Below, piece after piece: positions 41,226 to 54,559 of a DNA stretch of 64,000 nucleotides (position 1 is the stretch's first letter; each line of letters starts with the position of its first letter). A model generated the notes under the pieces. That model worked only from the letters and a program-made list of their open reading frames with translations, did not search any database and was not told the origin of the DNA. A program made the translations under genes and the position numbers. Source of the stretch: Eledone cirrhosa (taxonomy: Eukaryota); the NCBI GenBank assembly GCA_964016885.1, contig OZ024741.1, positions 328,414,001-328,478,000 of the forward strand, written 5' to 3'.

Positions 41226-43158
41226 TTAACACTAATATAGAACAACATAAAAAGAATCGATCTTCGTTGAGTGGGAGCAAATGCACATTTTTATCCGGAA
41301 ATCCTAGGCCATATCACAGGTCACCCCGGTTCACCAATTACAAATCCACCACTCAGTTCTGCTCGTTTCCTTGCAACCGCGAAATCATTTTCGCCTTTTT
41401 TATCCACATTTCATAAGATATACCTGAGAGCAGCGCTTCCTTATTCACCCTCACCCAAGTCAATTTGAAGACGTTTATAAGAACTTGGCGAGAGGGGAGT
41501 TGCTTTGCTAACATAGTTTTTAACAGATCCCTTTCACAACATCCACCAGGCAAAGGACGATAATTCATTCTTCCTCGACAAAGAGCTGCAATGATTTAAT
41601 GATTACGATAGAATCACGCGTGACAACATAATTGAGCAATACACGCATACTGAACGATTGATATCTGGGAAATTCCACTAAACTCCTTCTGCGGATGTCT
41701 AAGATGTTAGTTTACTGGCGGCTCCAACACAACCGTGTTTTAGAGCAAAACATTTTAATTTATGTGAATTTTCCCACGGATTTTCCCACATATTCCTACA
41801 CCAGCTACACACCCCCCACTACAATTAATCTTCTCTCATTTTACTAGACTGCAAGAATAACAATCACAATTACGAACTCGGTGGAACATTACCGAATAGG
41901 TCTCTCCACAATTCACGATTTTCCATTACTCCTGGGCACTGCTAGTTACTGTGGTTTGTAGTATCTGAGAGTTGATCGATAATTGCTTCCCACAATAGTA
42001 TCTTGTGGATATATGCCTACTTACTTCTCCAGCAATCGAGATATAGGAAGGTTTATTCTATTAAAAAAATGAAAACTAAGTTGCATGTATATTTTAACAA
42101 ATTACTTGTAATCATGAACTTAGGTCTCGATCTCCTAGTTCTATCCTTTCGAAACTACAAAAATATTTTTGCAGACCCCAGTCTTTCTTTAGTGGATGTT
42201 CAGGTATACGTAAACCCCACGTTAGGAACCACAACATTATATGTTATTGCATTGAATTTTGTCCATAATCCTCTACAAGAAAGACTTCTAAAATAATAGC
42301 TGTAAAAAGAAAACAGTATTGAATAGCATGCATGTATAAAAAAAAAAAAGCAGTCAATAGAATCGAAAATAGAGTAAACTGATTTCACTGAAATGGATTT
42401 AGTTGTGTATTCAGAGGCACCGATCTCTTAGAAATATGACCAGATAGCAAAATAATCTTCCTTTTATTTTTTTAGGACATTGGTTAAATGCAAATCTTTA
42501 AAGAAAATAAGAATGATGGGAAAAGTCTTACAATTATTAGCAACTTCCGAATTGGTAGAAGTTTCTTTTTATTAAGTTGCATAGGTACCTCCGACACAGA
42601 CTATTGACAAAGAAGTAATCATGATGAAAATAAATATGAACATTTCTCCTCTTCAAGCGTATTATATAGGCTAACGAGTCGATATATAGATAAATGATTC
42701 AGCACTCAGTCGGTCGACTATTCAAAAGAAATGTAGGTTCCGTGCCAAAGAGAACTATTTTTGATCATACAAAACGCCAATTATATAGCGATCCATTAAC
42801 CCAATGGATTTATTTATTTTATGAACTATAAGGAATTGCTTCAGCAAAAGATGGCGACTTCTTATGGGAAGCAGACGACCGACTGACTGAATGTAGTTTT
42901 CTGAATAAAGAATAAAGAAACGTCTGAAAGCTACCGGAAGGAGAAGTAGGTGGAAAAGAAGGAGGAGAAATACGAGGAGGGAAATCATTGATGAGATTAT
43001 ATGACTGCAATCGAAATCAATATATATATATATATATACATCTGTGTGTGTGTGTGTAAGTGTGTATATGTGCATATAAATATATATATACATATATATA
43101 TATATATACATATACACGCGCACACACACACATACACACATACATATATATATATATG

Positions 43159-43235
<77 letters not shown>

Positions 43236-43749
43236 GTGTATGCACGTGTGTGTGTGTAAAATAATATGTTTAATCTGTATTGATAAATTCTTTCGCTAAG
43301 CTTAGACAAACGCTCAATCTATGTTTATAGAGAGATAGTAGTGTTCGTCAGGCTATAGTCGTTTGATACGGGTGTATAGTTGATTGATACGTGGTCATAG
43401 CCGTTTAAATACGAATCTCTATATTACTGATGCTCATATATTTAACAAAGTAACGAACGAAAATCTCGGAAACGCAGTGGGATTTGGATTTGATCCAAGA
43501 ACAACGCCAAATTCGACCCCAAACGTAACTGAACACTGAGCATTACATCATTCGACACTCTATCAATGTTGGCACGGATCGACTACGAGAAACAAAGAAC
43601 AACAAATAAATGAAATCTAAACTTTACATATTCAATATGGTCCCGGTTATATATATAGTAATGTTAGTGAGACGGAGATAGTAGATACGTAGAAAAAATA
43701 AAAGGATATGACTCTACAAAAATATAAAATAAAGTAAAAATAAAATAGT

Positions 43750-45402
43750 GGAGGATAAGGTGCAGTCGGTTCCAGGGTCAGTACCGGTTCTGCCAACTCC
43801 CCTCAACAGATCTCTCGTCTGCTGCCGGCGATACTCGAAATTCCGCATTTTCATGGAATAGGTGCTAGTAATATAATCACCTAAGCTGCGGGCTGTTGAA
43901 AATGAGACTTTCACAGTGTGCCAGTTGAACAGTTTATGGTATTTATGGGTAGTTGAGAAACACTCATCCAGTGCCTTGAATAATATCGCGGGGATGTTGG
44001 TCCGTATGTGCTTAGAGTAAGGCACATTGAACTACGTTACTTTCCTCAATCTAATCTAAGCGTGTCCTCCATGCCTTGGTGGTATAGGGATGTTGTCATG
44101 TTGTGTGTTGCTCCGGTATTCGTCGTGGTTGTTTACAATGATATGTTGAATATTGCTAGGTCTACCAGTCCGGTAAGAGTTATCGTGGATATTGCCTATA
44201 CTAGAGTGAGGAGTATTTAAGGCATGATGTTTGTTCCTATCCCTATTTACTGTACTACTATAGTTGTTAATGCGCCGTTCCAGTACTCCTACGTTGTCTG
44301 CTAAGCTTACTGTCTCCCTTCCTTGTTTGTCCTTATGTGTTGACCGTGTTGTGGTCACCTATTTCTAATATTCCTATCTTCCGGTATGTTATTGATGTGT
44401 TCCTGGTTTCGAGTGTTATGCGGCCTCTTATTCCCCCGGGCCGTATTATATTCATCTGTCTTGTTGTTATTCCTATCACTAGTGCTGTCCCCTGGCCTGC
44501 CATTGCGTATTCGTCCGTGGTTAATATGTTGGTCGTTGCCTGTACTGCTATTGCTCGGGTATTCAGGTTCCCTGTGGCTAGTTGTGTCTGTATCAGAGAT
44601 GTATTTAATACCTTCTATATAACCAACCCTAACCAGTGCCTCATTATAATATTCGGCATGCTGCCTGAATATTTCGGCGTTGGCCGACAAGGTAGACACT
44701 CGGTTCGAAACTCCGTTAACTATAGAATTAATTATAGTCGTGGAGTGGTTCGAGTATCTACTTAGGTACTGTGAATTATCATTTTGTTTGTGGTACGGTC
44801 GGTAAATGTCTGTATCCAGCTCCATGGTTACATCTAGACAGTTCATCGTCTGTGTCTTGTGGTCTATCTCTACCGTTAATCCGTACTCTTTAAAAAAATA
44901 CCTAATACGTTTCCGCATTCTCTCTACTTTGTTATGATTGAGTGAGCGGAACGTGAAAAAAGCATCGTCTCTATACAATCCACCCCCATCCCGAGAATTT
45001 CCTCCGACAATTATTGCAGGAGAAATATCCCCACTACGTCCGTTACCTGTTCCGGGTCGCTAGATCCCATAGTTATGTTGAAACTGTCGGTTCTAACCTT
45101 ACTCTACCAGAATCTACTGTGGTACTGACAGCTATAATTATGTCCACCACCCTTCTCATGAGGGTATATTTACTCATAGCATTCATGAAGGCCCTATTTA
45201 CGATTACTGGGGAGATAGACGCCTAATAATTTGTTAATTGTCTAGTTGTATAAACCTTAATTCCTGCTTACTATCAAGTTGCGATAACCAATTCATCACT
45301 TCCTTAATGGAGACGAATAAGCTAAGTTTACTTTTAGCCCTTAATTCAGGTAAGAATCTATCTATGATATTCTTACTGACTCTACCTATGTCCGACTTAT
45401 TT
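43750..45402 (-). mobile_element. Penelope-like element RT fragment with long low-complexity insertion in the thumb; endonuclease not seen
   Basis: KSDIGRVSK, RFIQLD, GLYRDDAF, LDVTMELDTDIYRPYHK, YYNEALVRVGY ... HKYHKLFNWHTVKVSFST. Confidence 0.85.
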
Positions 45403-45478
45403 GTGTATGTATGTGGCATATGAATGTGTATGTGTATATGTGTGTATGTGTGTATATACACACACACACATATATATA

Positions 45479-45535
<57 letters not shown>

Positions 45536-45766
45536 TTAGAAACACACAGATACATGCGGACACACACATATACATGAATGCATCCACACCCAACCGTGAG
45601 TTAAGGGTGCCAACCTCACCGATGTTGCTCAATGAATGACTGGGACAGACCAATCCGGTTGAACCAGACTGAACCAGTATCAGAGTTAAAAATACATTAT
45701 GAAGAGAGAAGAAACATTTAGATATAATTAGTAATAAAATGTATCATACCTAAACTGCTCCTAGAT

Positions 45767-45856
45767 TCCTCGACTACGTAGTTTCGTGGCATAAACAAAA
45801 ACAATACATCATAAAGATATAGAGTCCTTGCGAGGTCTGCCGACTTATCAAGAGGA
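45767..45856 (-). ncRNA. Type I hammerhead, U3-A8 core (family C)
   Basis: Reverse complement of the 46634-46723 motif, with core and stems identical. Confidence 0.8.
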
Positions 45857-46633
45857 TACCTCATTTTACTAGCCTCAAGAACGCGTCTACACGACGTGAG
45901 AAAGAATCCCAAAAGGCGGAGGGGGAGATAGTCACGCGATAAAATGGTCGAGAAACAGAGCTAAGCCTCTTATAACCCCGAAGAAAATACCACGGAGGCG
46001 GAGGGGGTATTCATATCGAAGCCGTAGAAGAGGTGGTGAAGGAGGCGAGAAGTATGAGCAATGGCTGCTTTCCAGCAGTCGCCACACTTCAAAGATTGCT
46101 CGACCAGAGGGAGTTATAAACAATATATTTAGAAACACACAGATACATGCGGACACACACATATACATGAATGCATCCACACCCAACCGTGTCTTCATAA
46201 TGTATTTTTAACTCTGATACTGGTTCAGTCTGATTCAACCGGATTGGTCTGTCCCAGTCATTCATTGAGCAACATCGGTGAGGTTGGCACCCTTAACTCA
46301 CGGTTGGGTGTGGATGCATTCATGTATATGTGTGTGTCCGCATGTATCTGTGTGTTTCTAAATATATTGTTAATAACTCCCTCTGGTCGAGCAATCTTTG
46401 AAGTGTGGTGACTGCTGGAAAGCAGCCATTGCTCATACTTCTCTCCCCCTTCACCACCTCTTCTACGGCTTCGATATAAATACCCCCTCCGCCTCCGTGG
46501 TATTTTCTTCGGGGCTATAAGAGGCTTAGCTCTGTTTCTCGACCATTTTATCGCGTGACTATCTCCCCCTCCGCCTTTTGGGATTCTTTCTCACGTCGTG
46601 TAGACGCGTTCTTGAGGCTAGTAAAATGAGGTA

Positions 46634-46723
46634 TCCTCTTGATAAGTCGGCAGACCTCGCAAGGACTTTATATTTTTATGATGTATTGTTTTTGTTTATG
46701 CCACGAAACTACGTAGTCGAGGA
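46634..46723 (+). ncRNA. Type I hammerhead, U3-A8 core (family C)
   Basis: tcctc-TTGATAA-gt c ggca...tgcc ac-GAAA-ctacgtag-TC-gagga; predicted cleavage after 46718. Confidence 0.8.
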
Positions 46724-46791
46724 ATCTAGGAGCATGTAGGTATGATACATTTTATTACTAATTATATCTAAATGTTTCTTCTCTCTTCATA

Positions 46792-46917
<126 letters not shown>

Positions 46918-47140
46918 CTATGTATATATATATGTGCGTATATTATTCCAATTCCACCCCGTCCGTACATTCAATCTATTTTATTTCTCATTCTTTCTTC
47001 CGATGAACGACTTACGTCCGAAATCTTAATACATTCTTCCTGCTATTTTAATCGTTAACCTAATATATTCCTTCCATATACTGCACCGATTGTGCTGATA
47101 TTTCTGTTGACCTTGTAATAAACAACATAAGGCAATTATT

Positions 47141-47196
47141 TCATTTACCAGTGGTTTCTTGAAAGGAAACAAATTAATTTTCTATCATCAGAATGA
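47141..47196 (-). ncRNA. Type I hammerhead, canonical core, eroded stem II (within repeat ~47114-47265)
   Basis: tcatt-CTGATGA-...-GAAA-ccactgg-TA-aatga; homologous to 56534-56690. Confidence 0.6.
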
Positions 47197-47456
47197 AAAA
47201 ATCCTGGTGTATTTATTGACATTGGATTTTAAAAACAAAAATATAATCTATATGAAAGTGAGGGTGGAAAAGGAAGAAGGAAAGGAAAAATAAACACGCA
47301 TGCACACACACACACACACAATTACATACACACACATATATACATACACATATATATACATACATATACACACATATATATATATATATATATGCATACA
47401 TACAAATATATATATGCATACACTCATATATATATACACATATATATATGCATACA

Positions 47457-47504
<48 letters not shown>

Positions 47505-48489
47505 GTGCAGGTGTACATTTTGTGTATATATATGTATATTATATATACTGAAGGTAAATAATGATGCAATTCAATTCAAGCACTCAACGTACTTATGCCA
47601 CATAGGAGTGACGGAGTATATATGGAATAAGAAAAAGCGAAGTAGTTTCAGATGTTAAAGTCCTTTAATGATAATGCTATGATACATATTTCAATGGCGA
47701 CAGTGGCCACACGGTTCCCTGCGCCAGTGCCGCGACATGGTCAGACAGCTTGTTACATAATAAGGTTATGTTTCCGAGGCAATCCAAATTGAATTGGCAT
47801 GGGACCGGACAAAGCGTGTGCTCTTGGATTCTTCGCCCGTTCCCTTGTGAGTACCAATTGACGCCCACCGGTCTGCGCAGGCGCAGGTCCGAAGGAATTT
47901 GACCATCAACTACCGCAGAGTTCTACGAAATTCGCCTAGGCAGTTCCCCCTCTCAACCAAACAATGACCCTATTCAGGCCTGTAATATATAGCTTACCGC
48001 TAGCCACCCCGCCAGTGGCAGTCAGCTGAAAGCTAGTGGGGTTGGGAGAGTATGAGTAACAATCGGTCTCAATACTACCCTAAATTAAGCATGGACAGTA
48101 TAATTTACCATCAACCTCTAAGAGAAAATATACTTAATTCTACGTATTATGGTTTCGCAGTGGAAATTATGAATGAGAGTTGGAAATTAAAACTAAAAAT
48201 TAAAAATAAAACATTAGTAATCAAAAATTTTAAAAAAATTACAAGTGATATATTTATATGTATATATATATGTGTGTGTGTGTGTGTGTATTTGTATAGA
48301 TTTTGTTGTTACTACTTATCTTCTAACTGCACTGTTATTACTTTATATTTTGTTTTGTTTTTTTTATATATGGATATTGTTTTTGTTATTTATTACTGTA
48401 TATTATGTCTACTTTTATTATATATCTTTCTAGGGTCGTATCCTTGTATTTTTCTCTACGAACCCACTAACTCTATCTCACTAACATTA

Positions 48490-48678
48490 TGGATTGGCAA
48501 TATCGGTAGAGGGTCGGACGCCATGCTTTGACGCATAGAGTTACGGCCCTTGCTATTCTGAGTTCAAATGCCGCCGAGGTTAACTTTGCCTTTCATCCTT
48601 ACGTGGTCGATAAAATAAAGTACCAGTAATACACTGAAATAATTGCTGGCCTTGTGCCAAAAGTAGAAACAATTATTA
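48490..48678 (+). mobile_element. tRNA-derived SINE
   Basis: ttggcaatatcgg, gagttcaaatgcc, tttgcctttcatcc and tail ggccttgtgccaaaagtagaaac. Confidence 0.9.
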
Positions 48679-49041
48679 TATGTCTGATTTTTTTATTTTA
48701 TTTTATTATCATCTCTGTATGGTATTCATAATTGGTTTTTATTTTGTATCTCTATTCCTTTACCCCTTTACATTCATGTATTGCCTTATCTCCTTAATAC
48801 TTACTTCAAACAATGTGCCAGCGGACGTAAGGCAGACAGGTTGACGCGCATGGGTACGTACGACAATTTGACCGAGATGGCGATAATAGCCGCTAAATTA
48901 TAAGAAGCCCCCAGCTGTGATCTGACCGAAAACAGACGAAGTGAATACTGTGAAACATCACTATGACAACATTTGTGGTAGCATATAAGAAGGAATCGGG
49001 ATAATATTCAACCACTCTCAGATGAGAGTCTACATGTTAAA

Positions 49042-49133
49042 ACATATCTGAAGAGCTTCCGATTACTGAGTGAGGTTCGATCATTAATAGGTCTTTCCTC
49101 GAGCTGATCGACAGTGAAACATATGTAATATGT
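49042..49133 (+). ncRNA. Type I hammerhead, canonical core, long stem II
   Basis: acatat-CTGAAGA-gct...agt-GAAA-catatg-TA-atatgt; 6-bp stem I, palindromic stem III. Confidence 0.75.
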
Positions 49134-49268
49134 CATAAATACGTATATGATGCAACACTGATTCTTTGTTCCCTTATATATTAATACTATTGATACTCTG
49201 CTCCCCAAGAGCATCGAATGCTCATTTGGCATACCGCATGTGGCGTAATTAATTTGCACCTTAATACG

Positions 49269-49344
<76 letters not shown>

Positions 49345-50092
49345 CGTGTGTTTGTGTTCGTGCGCGCGCGCTTGTGTGTGTATGTGTGTGTTTTGCTCTT
49401 TCCCCTTTTTTTCCAGTGCCTCCATCACCCTAAAAAATATTGATAGGAGTTCTTTTTTCTCTACCAAAGACATAAATATGTAGTGAATTTAGTAGTTGGG
49501 AATAATTATGAAGTTACCGAAAATAAATGTTCAGAACGCTGAAACCGTAAAAAAAACTAACAAACAGAATGTATCTCACAGAATGTGGGTCTCTGAAACC
49601 ACCAACCAATATAATTGTCTAATTGTGGAACACGTACGAGAAATTCCGTCTTTCTTCATCTCTCCAAATATAGTTAGAAACACGTCTTTAGTCTTTACCA
49701 TTGATACACATCTGACGAATGATTAATTCCAATTATTCTCTATTCCCACCAAATATTATTAGACAAACAGGTCTCGGCTTTATTGCGTCGTCATTACTAA
49801 ACCCAGTTGGATAAAACGTAAAGTCAATATTTTCTTATCAGCATCGAGAGTGAGAGTTTCACAAAAACAGTGAAACAGCTGCTAACATCTACAACAAGAT
49901 TGCTGTAAAATGTGTTTAAGTCTCTTATGAGATAACAAACAAGACAAATTGAAAATTGAATATAAGAAAACTCCAGATGGTGTCATGTAGTAAGATGACA
50001 CATGGAAATAGTAGAATTTGCATTCAACACGAAAAACATCGATGGTAGGCTGGAAAATTCATGGACTGAATGTGAAATATGAGTTTAGTACT

Positions 50093-50420
50093 GCGAAATC
50101 CTGCATATATTAATTTTAACTCTTCTTATTAATAACTGCATTGTTTCGTTTTCGTTCCTATGTTGAAATATAAACCTCATTTTATCATTCCATGAGAATA
50201 TCTTTGTCAATCTATTAACGTTTCAGCCTATGAACCTTTCAGTCTTCCTTCTTATACCAGGGCTCATATGCTACAACTGTGAAATCTTGCATGCGTTTAT
50301 TTCAACTCTTCTTATTACTAACTGCATTATTTCTTTCCCGGTTCTATGTTGAAATATAAACCTCATTTGGTCATTCTTTGAGAGTATCTTGGTTAGCTTA
50401 TGAACTTTTCAGCCTACTCT
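50093..50420. repeat. Diverged ~186-bp tandem duplication
   Basis: aactcttcttatta..taactgcatt..ctatgttgaaatataaacctcattt occurs twice, from ~50093 and ~50279. Confidence 0.75.
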
Positions 50421-51088
50421 CGCATGCCAGACCTGAAAGCCTTAGTGAACATTAAATCTTCAATTGTAGTTTAGAAATGTAAGTTGCCTATGAAAAAACA
50501 AATTAGAATTTTAGATGATTCGATGTACATCAAAACCATGAGTTGGCAGAATAGATAACGTATCCAATTAATAACTTTCCACATCCGTTCTATTTCTGTG
50601 CGTTTTAGGTTAAAGTATCGCTAACATTAACTTTGTCTTTTATCCTTTCGAGGGCCGATAACAGTTTATAAATGAAGTAACACCCGAGGATGGGAGGTAG
50701 ATAGGGGAAGTTTCCACAGCATCGTATCCTGATTTTCACAGTGGAGGTATATAAATATATATATACATATATACAGACACACACACACATATATGTATAT
50801 ATATATATGTGTGTCTGTGTGTGTATCCATACATACACATATATATAAAATATATATATGTGTGTGTGTATGTATATATACACTGCTCGGGGTCTGTCTA
50901 CTGAGTTTTTACTGTCAAGGAACAATTGTACTTCAGTCAATACGATAGAACACACGCTTAAGATGCCACGACATCCCTAACAACACAGTCATGCCTGATA
51001 TATAAATAAATATATATATATATCAGGGAATAATTATAAATAAATATGTATGTATATATATATATATATGTGTGTGTATATATACACA

Positions 51089-51126
<38 letters not shown>

Positions 51127-51136
51127 AATATATATA

Positions 51137-51452
51137 TTTATAGAAAAAAAGATGAAATCGAAAATGCAACTGGAGTCTTATTTTTTTTTTAAATATATAT
51201 ATTTATTTGGTTCCTATACCGGTTTCGCAGTTCTTCTGCTTTTCAAAAGTAGAGTTGAGATGGAGGGTCTGTGGTTTTTCTCACATTTTGAAAAGCAGAA
51301 GAACTGCGAAACCGGTAATGGAACCAAATAAATATATATATATTTTTTTAAAATAAGACTCCAGTTGCATTTTCGATTTCATCTTTTTTTCTTTATAATT
51401 TCACTCGTGTAGGACACCTCGGTTATTTTTCATTTTGTAAAAAAACACTCAC

Positions 51453-51460
<8 letters not shown>
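51137..51460. mobile_element. Fold-back copy of family D with two U3-A8 hammerhead motifs (51214-51249 minus, 51285-51320 plus)
   Basis: TTGAAAA-gcagaagaactgc-GAAA-ccgg-TA on both strands; stem I is imperfect in both; ends ctcactttctaata(TA)n. Confidence 0.8.
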
Positions 51461-51500
<40 letters not shown>

Positions 51501-51581
51501 ATATATATATATATATATATATATATGTAAGTATGCATGTATACGTACATACATATATGTATACAAACATACAGTAGCATG

Positions 51582-51621
<40 letters not shown>

Positions 51622-52090
51622 TATACATATGCATACAGGTACACATACATATATGCACGTATCAGTTTAGCGGCGCTAACGTCGCTTTGTTCGTTTGTAA
51701 ACAAACTGAACAGCCTGAATTTATGCCATACGGTGTTAAGGCAACCACGTCACCTTTTTGTTCAACACTGACACAGGAACGATGTACTAGTTTCAAGCTT
51801 GTTAGCTATCATCAGCACCGTTTACCCATCTGCCAGATAGTTGAACGTTCGAAAGTATATACTTTCCTTATGAAAATTAACGGCTGAGCAGCCTAATTTG
51901 CATATTGAGTGAGTTAAATCGGTCAGGCATACCGAAAACGATAAATTGAAACAAAATGAAAACGAAATTTCATTTCTCACTCTTAGTATTAGATTTAACT
52001 CACTCAATATGCAAATTAGGCTGCTCAGCCGTTAATTTTCATAAGGAAAGTATATACTTTCGAACGTTCAACTATCTGGCAGATGGGTAA

Positions 52091-52133
52091 ACGGTGCTGA
52101 TGATAGCTAACAAGCTTGAAACTAGTACATCGT
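52091..52133 (+). ncRNA. Minimal type I hammerhead, canonical (family E)
   Basis: acggtg-CTGATGA-t agc taacaa gct t-GAAA-ctag-TA-catcgt. Confidence 0.8.
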
Positions 52134-52290
52134 TCCTGTGTCAGTGTTGAACAAAAAGGTGACGTGATTGCCTTAACACCGTATGGCATAAATTCAGGCT
52201 TTTCAGTTTGTTTACAAACGAACAAAGCGACGTTAGCGCCGCTAAACTGATACGTGCATATATGTATGTGTACCTGTATGCATATGTATA

Positions 52291-52348
<58 letters not shown>

Positions 52349-52459
52349 TGCTACTGTATGTTTGTATACATATATGTATGTACGTATACATGCATACTTA
52401 CATTTAAGTAAGTGCCATACTAAGAGTGAGAAATGAAATTTCGTTTTCATTTTGTTTCA

Positions 52460-52494
<35 letters not shown>

Positions 52495-52497
52495 TAT

Positions 52498-52616
52498 TCG
52501 AGTATTCTGAGGATTTGATCAGAGGAAATCACTGTATTTAAGGTCGAGTGACGCAACTTCGAGTGATTAACGGCATTTAGACTCACCTGATCAATGAAAC
52601 AATCGTTAATACTTGA
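52498..52616 (+). ncRNA. Type I hammerhead, canonical core, long structured stem II (separate element ~52491-52670)
   Basis: tcgagtatt-CTGAGGA-t-ttgatcag...ctgatcaa-t-GAAA-caatcg-TT-aatacttga; internal aatcact/agtgatt helix. Confidence 0.8.
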
Positions 52617-52681
52617 AATAAAGCCCCTTATTGTACAGCCGACCATGTTATTCTTAATTCTTTTACTATATATATATACAT

Positions 52682-52755
<74 letters not shown>

Positions 52756-52899
52756 GTGTATGTATATATATACATATATACAGTAAGTTGTAATAAAATG
52801 AAAACGAAATTTCATTTCTCACTCTTAGTACGGCACTTACTTAAATGTAAGTATGTATGTATACGTACATACATATATGTATACAGACGTACAGTAGCA

Positions 52900-52960
<61 letters not shown>

Positions 52961-53804
52961 GTACACATACATATATGCACGTATCAGTTTGGCGGACGCT
53001 TATTATAACGCCCGCTTCGTTCGTTTGTAAACAAACTGAACATCCTGAATTTATGCCGTACGGTGTTAAGGCAACCACGTCACCTTTTTGTTCAACACTG
53101 ACACAGGAAAGATGTACTAGTTTCAAGCTTGTTAGCTATCATCAGCACCGTATACCCTTCTGCCAGATAGTTGAACGTTCGAAAGTATATAATTTCCTCA
53201 TGAAAATTAACGGCTGTGCAGCCTAATTTGCATATCGAGTGAGTTAAGTCGGTCAGTCATACCGAAAACGATAAGTTGTAATAAAATGAAAACGAAATTT
53301 CATTTCTCACTCTTAGTACGGCACTTACTTAAATGTAAGTATGTATGTATACGTACATACATATATGTATACAGACGTACAGTAGCATGCATATATATAT
53401 ATATACATGTACGTATACATACATACTTACATTTAAGTAAGTGCCGTACTAAGAGTGAGAAATGAAATTTCGTTTTCATTTTATTACAACTTATCGTTTT
53501 CGGTATGCCTGACCGACTTAACTCACTCGATATGCAAATTAGGCTGCTTAGCCGTTAATTTTCATAAGGAAAGTATATACTTTCGAACGTTCAACTATCT
53601 GGCAGAAGGGTATACGGTGCTGATGATAGCTAACAAGCTTGAAACTAGCACATCGTTCCTGTGTCAGTGTTGAACAAAAAGGTGACGTGGTTGCCTTAAC
53701 ACCGTACGGCATAAATTCAGGATGTTCAGTTTGTTTACAAACGAACAAAGCGGGCGTTATAATAAGCGTCCGCTAAACTGATACATGCATATATGTATGT
53801 GTAC

Positions 53805-53841
<37 letters not shown>

Positions 53842-54077
53842 TGCTACTGTACGTCTGTATACATATATGTATGTACGTATACATACATACTTACATTTAA
53901 GTAAATGCCGTACTAAGAGTGAGAAATGAAATTTCGTTTTCATTTTATTACAACTTATCGTTTTCGGTATGCCTGACCGACTTAACTCACTCGATATGCA
54001 AATTAGGCTGCTCAGCCGTTAATTTTCATAAGGAAAGTATATACTTTCGAACGTTCAACTATCTGGCAGAAGGGTAT

Positions 54078-54120
54078 ACGGTGCTGATGATAGCTAACAA
54101 GCTTGAAACTAGTACATCGT
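54078..54120 (+). ncRNA. Minimal type I hammerhead, canonical (family E)
   Basis: Identical to 52091-52133. Confidence 0.8.
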
Positions 54121-54412
54121 TCCTGTGTCAGTGTTGAACAAAAAGGTGACGTGGTTGCCTTAACACCGTACGGCATAAATTCAGGATGTTCAGTTTGTTT
54201 ACAAACGAACAAAGCGGGCGTTATAATAAGCGTCCGCTAAACTGATACGTGCATATATGTATGTGTACCTGTATATATATATATATATATATATATGCAT
54301 GCTACTGTACGTCTGTATACATATATGTATGTACGTATACATACATACTTACATACATATATACATATATACATATATACATATATACATATATATGTAT
54401 GTATGCATTTAC

Positions 54413-54446
<34 letters not shown>

Positions 54447-54459
54447 ATGTATATATGTT

Positions 54460-54496
<37 letters not shown>

Positions 54497-54559
54497 GAAA
54501 AGAGTCCGGCCCCCGACAGCTGAGCTCCGGCCGTTTAGACAGCTAGATCCAAAATCAAA

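Larger units (their letters stand above)
51526..54355. mobile_element. Tandem/inverted array of a 464-bp retrozyme-like unit (family E) with five hammerheads
   Basis: Period 464 (53455/53919). Orientation switches at ~51990 and ~53400. HHRs at 51779-51821(-), 52091-52133(+), 53109-53151(-), 53614-53656(+) and 54078-54120(+). Confidence 0.9.

Noticed and set aside
46995-47030. cCGATGAacgacttacgtccGAAA hammerhead-like motif
   Set aside because: The core is mutated and no stem I or stem III pairing follows.
51526-54355. Repeated [34 protein letters not shown] as a multicopy peptide gene, or the array as CRISPR
   Set aside because: The ORF recurs only because the DNA unit is repeated; it is antisense to the ribozyme and starts in microsatellite. 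There is no short repeat/unique spacer pattern and no cas gene, and the context is eukaryotic.
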